This document shows positions 28,691-31,773 of a stretch of 31,773 nucleotides of DNA, in pieces; the first letter of the stretch is position 1, and every line of letters starts with the position of its first letter. Below the pieces are notes generated by a model. It made no database searches, was not told where the DNA came from, and was given only the letters and a program-made list of their open reading frames with translations. Made by a program: the position numbers and the translations under genes. The stretch comes from Actinomycetota bacterium (GTDB lineage: Bacteria > Actinomycetota > Thermoleophilia > Solirubrobacterales > 70-9), in NCBI GenBank assembly GCA_005884985.1, contig VAYK01000013.1:1-31773 (forward strand), in the 5' to 3' direction.

Positions 28691-29364
28691 GCCCACGCGC
28701 CCGCAACCGGCCGGCCGGGGCTCACGCTCGGAGAGCGGCGGCGCGGCTGAGCGCCGCCGACGAGCATCTGCGCTCCGCGGATCGCGTGATCAGGCGGCTG
28801 ATCGACGAGCGCGGGCCCATCGACCCCGGCACCGACCGGCGCGGCAGCCGGCCGGACGCCTACGAGGCGCTCGCCCGTGCGATCGTCGGCCAGCAGCTCT
28901 CGACCAAGGCGGCGCGCTCGATCTGGGAGCGGCTGATCGCCCCCTTCGGCGGCTCCTTCCCGCCCCCCGCTGAGCTGATCGCGACCGACCGTGAGTCCCT
29001 TCGCGAAGCCGGTCTCTCCTGGTCCAAGGTCGGCTTCCTGCGCGACCTCGCCGAGCGGATCGAGAATGGCGAGTTGAATCTCCAGCGGCTCGCACAACTC
29101 CCCGACGAGGACGTGGTCGCGGAGCTGATCCAGATCAAGGGGATCGGCGCCTGGACCGCCGAGATGTTCCTGATCTTCCATCTCGCCCGCCCGGACGTCG
29201 TCTCGACCGGCGACCTCGGGATCCGCCGCGCGGTGCAGCTGGCCTATGGCCTCGACGATCTCCCGGGGCCAGGGGACCTCGAGCGGATCGCCGAGCCCTG
29301 GCGCCCCCACCGGACGCTCGCCTGTCTCTATCTATGGCGGTCGCTCGACAATACGCCGGCCTGA
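28687..29364 (+). CDS. DNA-3-methyladenine glycosylase 2 family (AlkA-like, HhH-GPD)
   Basis: YEALARAIVGQQLSTKAARSIW, LREAGLS..K, HhH motif LIQIKGIGAWTAEMFLIF, GDLGIRRA, PWRP.RT.ACLYLW. Start uncertain (CTG 28687, CTG 28747 or GTG 28786). Confidence 0.9.
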   Translation: MSPRARNRPAGAHARRAAARLSAADEHLRSADRVIRRLIDERGPIDPGTDRRGSRPDAYEALARAIVGQQLSTKAARSIWERLIAPFGGSFPPPAELIATDRESLREAGLSWSKVGFLRDLAERIENGELNLQRLAQLPDEDVVAELIQIKGIGAWTAEMFLIFHLARPDVVSTGDLGIRRAVQLAYGLDDLPGPGDLERIAEPWRPHRTLACLYLWRSLDNTPA

Positions 29365-29438
29365 GAGTGCGGCTCCAACCTGGCTACGGATACTCGCAAG
29401 CGTTGTCGCGCCTTCCCGGATAGCCTGAATGCGTCCCG

Positions 29439-30272
29439 ATGAGCGAGTCCGACGCCGCCAACTTCAAGCTCTTCGAGGCCCAGGGCTGGACGGCGCAGGC
29501 GGGAACCTACGGCGAGCTGACCGGCCAGGTGACGAGCCGCTTCGCCGAGCCGCTCCTTGACGCCGCGGGTGTCCGCCACGGCGATCGGCTACTGGACGTC
29601 GCGACGGGCCCGGGCTATGTCGCGGAACGGGCCGAGGCCCGAGGGGCGGTCCCGCTCGGAATCGACATCGCGGAGGGAATGGTTGCCGTCGCCCGTCGCA
29701 ACCACCCGGAGCTCGAGTTCATGGTTGCCGACGCTGAGGAGCTTCCGTTGGAGGACGGTAGCTTCGATGCGGTGGTCGGCAACTTCGTCATCAACCACCT
29801 ACCCGCGCCGGAGCGCGGTGTCGCGGAGGCCGCTCGGGTCCTGGTGGGAGGGGGGCACATCGCGTTCTCCGCGTGGCTGCGGCCCGATCGGATGCTGATC
29901 ATGGGACTGATCGGCGATGCAATCGAGGTCGCCGACGTGGAGGAGGACGGGCAGGCCGCCGGTATCCCCCCCGGGCCGGACGGCTACCGGTTCGCCGACC
30001 AGGCCGAGTTCCGGGGGTTGCTCGAGGGAACCGGGCTGGTGGAGGTCGCCGTGGAGCCGGTCGTGCTCGTGCAGCGGATCGCGGACGCGGAGGAGCTGTG
30101 GCGAGGCTTCATGGGCGGGAGCGTGCGGGGCTCGGCGTTCGTCCGGGCTCAGTCTGACGCCGTTCGGGCGCGGATCCGGGACGCCCTCGACGCGGTCGTC
30201 GAGCCCTACTGGGCTGGCGATGCGCTCGAGGTACCAGTGGCTGCGAACATCGCCTCGGGTCGCAAGGTGTGA
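29439..30272 (+). CDS. Class I SAM-dependent methyltransferase
   Basis: LLDVATGPG, GIDIAEGM, ADAEELPLEDGSFDAVV, RVLVGGG. Confidence 0.92.
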   Translation: MSESDAANFKLFEAQGWTAQAGTYGELTGQVTSRFAEPLLDAAGVRHGDRLLDVATGPGYVAERAEARGAVPLGIDIAEGMVAVARRNHPELEFMVADAEELPLEDGSFDAVVGNFVINHLPAPERGVAEAARVLVGGGHIAFSAWLRPDRMLIMGLIGDAIEVADVEEDGQAAGIPPGPDGYRFADQAEFRGLLEGTGLVEVAVEPVVLVQRIADAEELWRGFMGGSVRGSAFVRAQSDAVRARIRDALDAVVEPYWAGDALEVPVAANIASGRKV

Positions 30273-30429
30273 GCGCGCGGCAGCGCTCCGGACGGGGTTC
30301 GAGGCGGGCCACTACTCGGCACTCGGCGAGCTCTATGCGGACCACGGCCCTCGAGGCAAGCGTGCAGGGGCCCGGGAGCGCGCCTCGGGTCCGGACGCCG
30401 CGGTGGCGGCGCGAGCAAACCGGCCTCGG

Positions 30430-31221
30430 TCAGGGTGCCAGTCGGCCGCCAACGAACTGAACCAGTCCGGCCAGGCGCTGGCGGACGTTCTCGAATCCGC
30501 GCTCCTGGAGCGCTCCCACGATCTCGTCGGACTCGAACACGCGCATGCCGCTGGCTCGCTCGATCAGCGGCTTCAGCGGCGGCAGGGTCACCTGGCGGCG
30601 GACCGAGGTCATGATTGCGATCCGCCCGCCAGCGCGGAGCACCCGCCGCATCTCGTCCAGCGCCGCGAACGGATCGGCGAACAGGTGCAGGGCGGCGAAG
30701 CAGCAGAGGCCGTCGAAGACGCCCTCGCGGAACGGGAGCACAGTCGCGTCGGCGCGGATCAAGGCCAGGTTGGCCAGGCCGGCGGCCTCAAGCTCTGCCG
30801 CGCCGCGAGCGAGCATCGTCCTCGAGGCGTCGATCCCCACCACGAGGCCGTCGTTGCCCACCGCGCGCGCGAACTCGCGCGTGAAGTTCCCCGGCCCGCA
30901 GGCGACGTCGAGCACGACGTCCCCGGGCGCGAGGCCGAGCAGCAGCCGCGCGATCCGCACCTCCTCGGCCATCCCTGGCCCGGTGACCCCCTTGACGGCC
31001 CGCGCCAGCGCGGGGCGCCAGTAGCGCTCGTAGATCGCCGGCACGAAGCGGGTGGTCATCAGGTCCTGCGCGGCGCCGGTCGACTCGAGCTCCCCGCCGA
31101 GCAGGTCGAGGTAGCCGGGGGCGCTCGCCTCGGGTTCCACCGTCCGTCCGGCCGCCTCTGTGGTGAGCAGCTCGCGCGCTCGTCGAAGCCCCTCGGCGCT
31201 CGTCCGTTTGGCGGTCGCCAC
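30430..31221 (-). CDS. Class I SAM-dependent methyltransferase (UbiE/MenG-like fold)
   Basis: VLDVACGPGNF, GIDAS..ML, ADATVLPF..GVFDG.CCFAALHL, RVLRAGGRIA. Confidence 0.92.
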   Translation of the reverse strand: MATAKRTSAEGLRRARELLTTEAAGRTVEPEASAPGYLDLLGGELESTGAAQDLMTTRFVPAIYERYWRPALARAVKGVTGPGMAEEVRIARLLLGLAPGDVVLDVACGPGNFTREFARAVGNDGLVVGIDASRTMLARGAAELEAAGLANLALIRADATVLPFREGVFDGLCCFAALHLFADPFAALDEMRRVLRAGGRIAIMTSVRRQVTLPPLKPLIERASGMRVFESDEIVGALQERGFENVRQRLAGLVQFVGGRLAP

Positions 31222-31236
31222 GCGAGCGCTCCCGCG

Positions 31237-31494
31237 TCAGTGGGCGGCGGGCGTGCCAGGCCCGAGGCCGCGAGGCTCTCCCGAGTGCTGCGCCAGCTCC
31301 GTGAGGCGCACGATCTGACGCTCGCCCTCGATTCGCACCGGATCGTCGGCGGGTAGCCGCTCGATCAGGCGCCGGATGCGGTTGCGGATCTGCAGCGCGA
31401 AGTGCGGCGTCGCGGGGCCGGCGAGCGCTCGGATGTCCTCGACTGTGATCCGGCGTTCGCTGGCCAGCCGGTCGGGCCGCTCGGCCTCGCTCAC
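31237..31494 (-). CDS. Small hypothetical protein (85 aa)
   Basis: GTG 31494; helical sequence ITVEDIRALAGPATPHFALQIRNRIRRLIERLP..DPVRIEGERQI; co-oriented between neighbours. Confidence 0.75.
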   Translation of the reverse strand: MSEAERPDRLASERRITVEDIRALAGPATPHFALQIRNRIRRLIERLPADDPVRIEGERQIVRLTELAQHSGEPRGLGPGTPAAH

Positions 31495-31516
31495 GGGTTG
31501 TCGCTCCTCGTCCCTC

Positions 31517-31773
31517 TCATTTCCCTCCCTGCCCGTGCTGCGGCGTTCCGGGCGGCGGGGCCAGCCCACCTCCGCCGCCGGACCTTACCTGTACGACCTC
31601 GGCGAGATCGTCGACCTGCGACTGGAAGCCGACCGAGATCGCGTTCTGGTCGCCGATCAGCCAGACGTGGTTGTAGACGGCGCGGGTCGGATCGTCCACG
31701 TAGCCGGGCTTCACGTCGAGGAGGTATCCACCCAACGCGGCGGGGACCTGTTCCGGGTCCTCTGTGATCAGCA
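31517..31773 (-). CDS. 3' part of a probable cell wall-binding repeat 2 family protein, 5' end outside the window
   Basis: Frame is open to the window edge: LITEDPEQVPAALGGYLLDVKPGYVDDPTRAVYNHVWLIGDQNAIS. The LL.T..VP...YL and WLIGD...IS pattern resembles CW_binding_2 repeats. Confidence 0.55.
   Translation of the reverse strand, partial: LITEDPEQVPAALGGYLLDVKPGYVDDPTRAVYNHVWLIGDQNAISVGFQSQVDDLAEVVQVRSGGGGGLAPPPGTPQHGQGGK

Noticed and set aside
30273-30429. Coding-like stretch (GFEAGHYSALGELYADHG) between the two methyltransferases
   Set aside because: Too short, no start or motif, and no recognisable family. It may be a remnant but is unsupported without BLASTX.

Overview
High-GC actinobacterial chromosome segment. 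The gene content and several orphan families suggest Thermoleophilia/Solirubrobacterales, which is an inference. Left to right: the 3' part of a GGDEF-EAL gene, an Mth938-like gene, a GT87-like membrane glycosyltransferase, an FAH-family hydrolase, and tRNA-Asp(GTC). The tRNA is followed by three partial copies of its own 3' end (4428, 9781, 10930). These bracket an integrase-less lon-hxlR-nhaA::dsbA module, a decayed SF1 helicase fragment and a frameshifted three-repeat secreted Cys protein. Next come ferritin, an atypical enolase-superfamily gene, a flavodoxin-like gene, capA-like and hutHUIF. A convergent, translationally coupled operon follows (PLP decarboxylase, amidinotransferase/DDAH-like, M20 carbamoylase-like) that could be a non-canonical arginine-to-putrescine route. 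The right end holds a CNNM/CBS protein, 3-hydroxyacyl-CoA dehydrogenase, thiolase, an AlkA-like glycosylase, two SAM methyltransferases and small hypotheticals. Four lesions are visible: two frameshifts, an in-frame deletion just after the decarboxylase PLP lysine, and a convergent gene pair that lacks both stop codons. No CRISPR array, rRNA, transposase or integrase was seen. All product calls are from motif recognition, not database searches.
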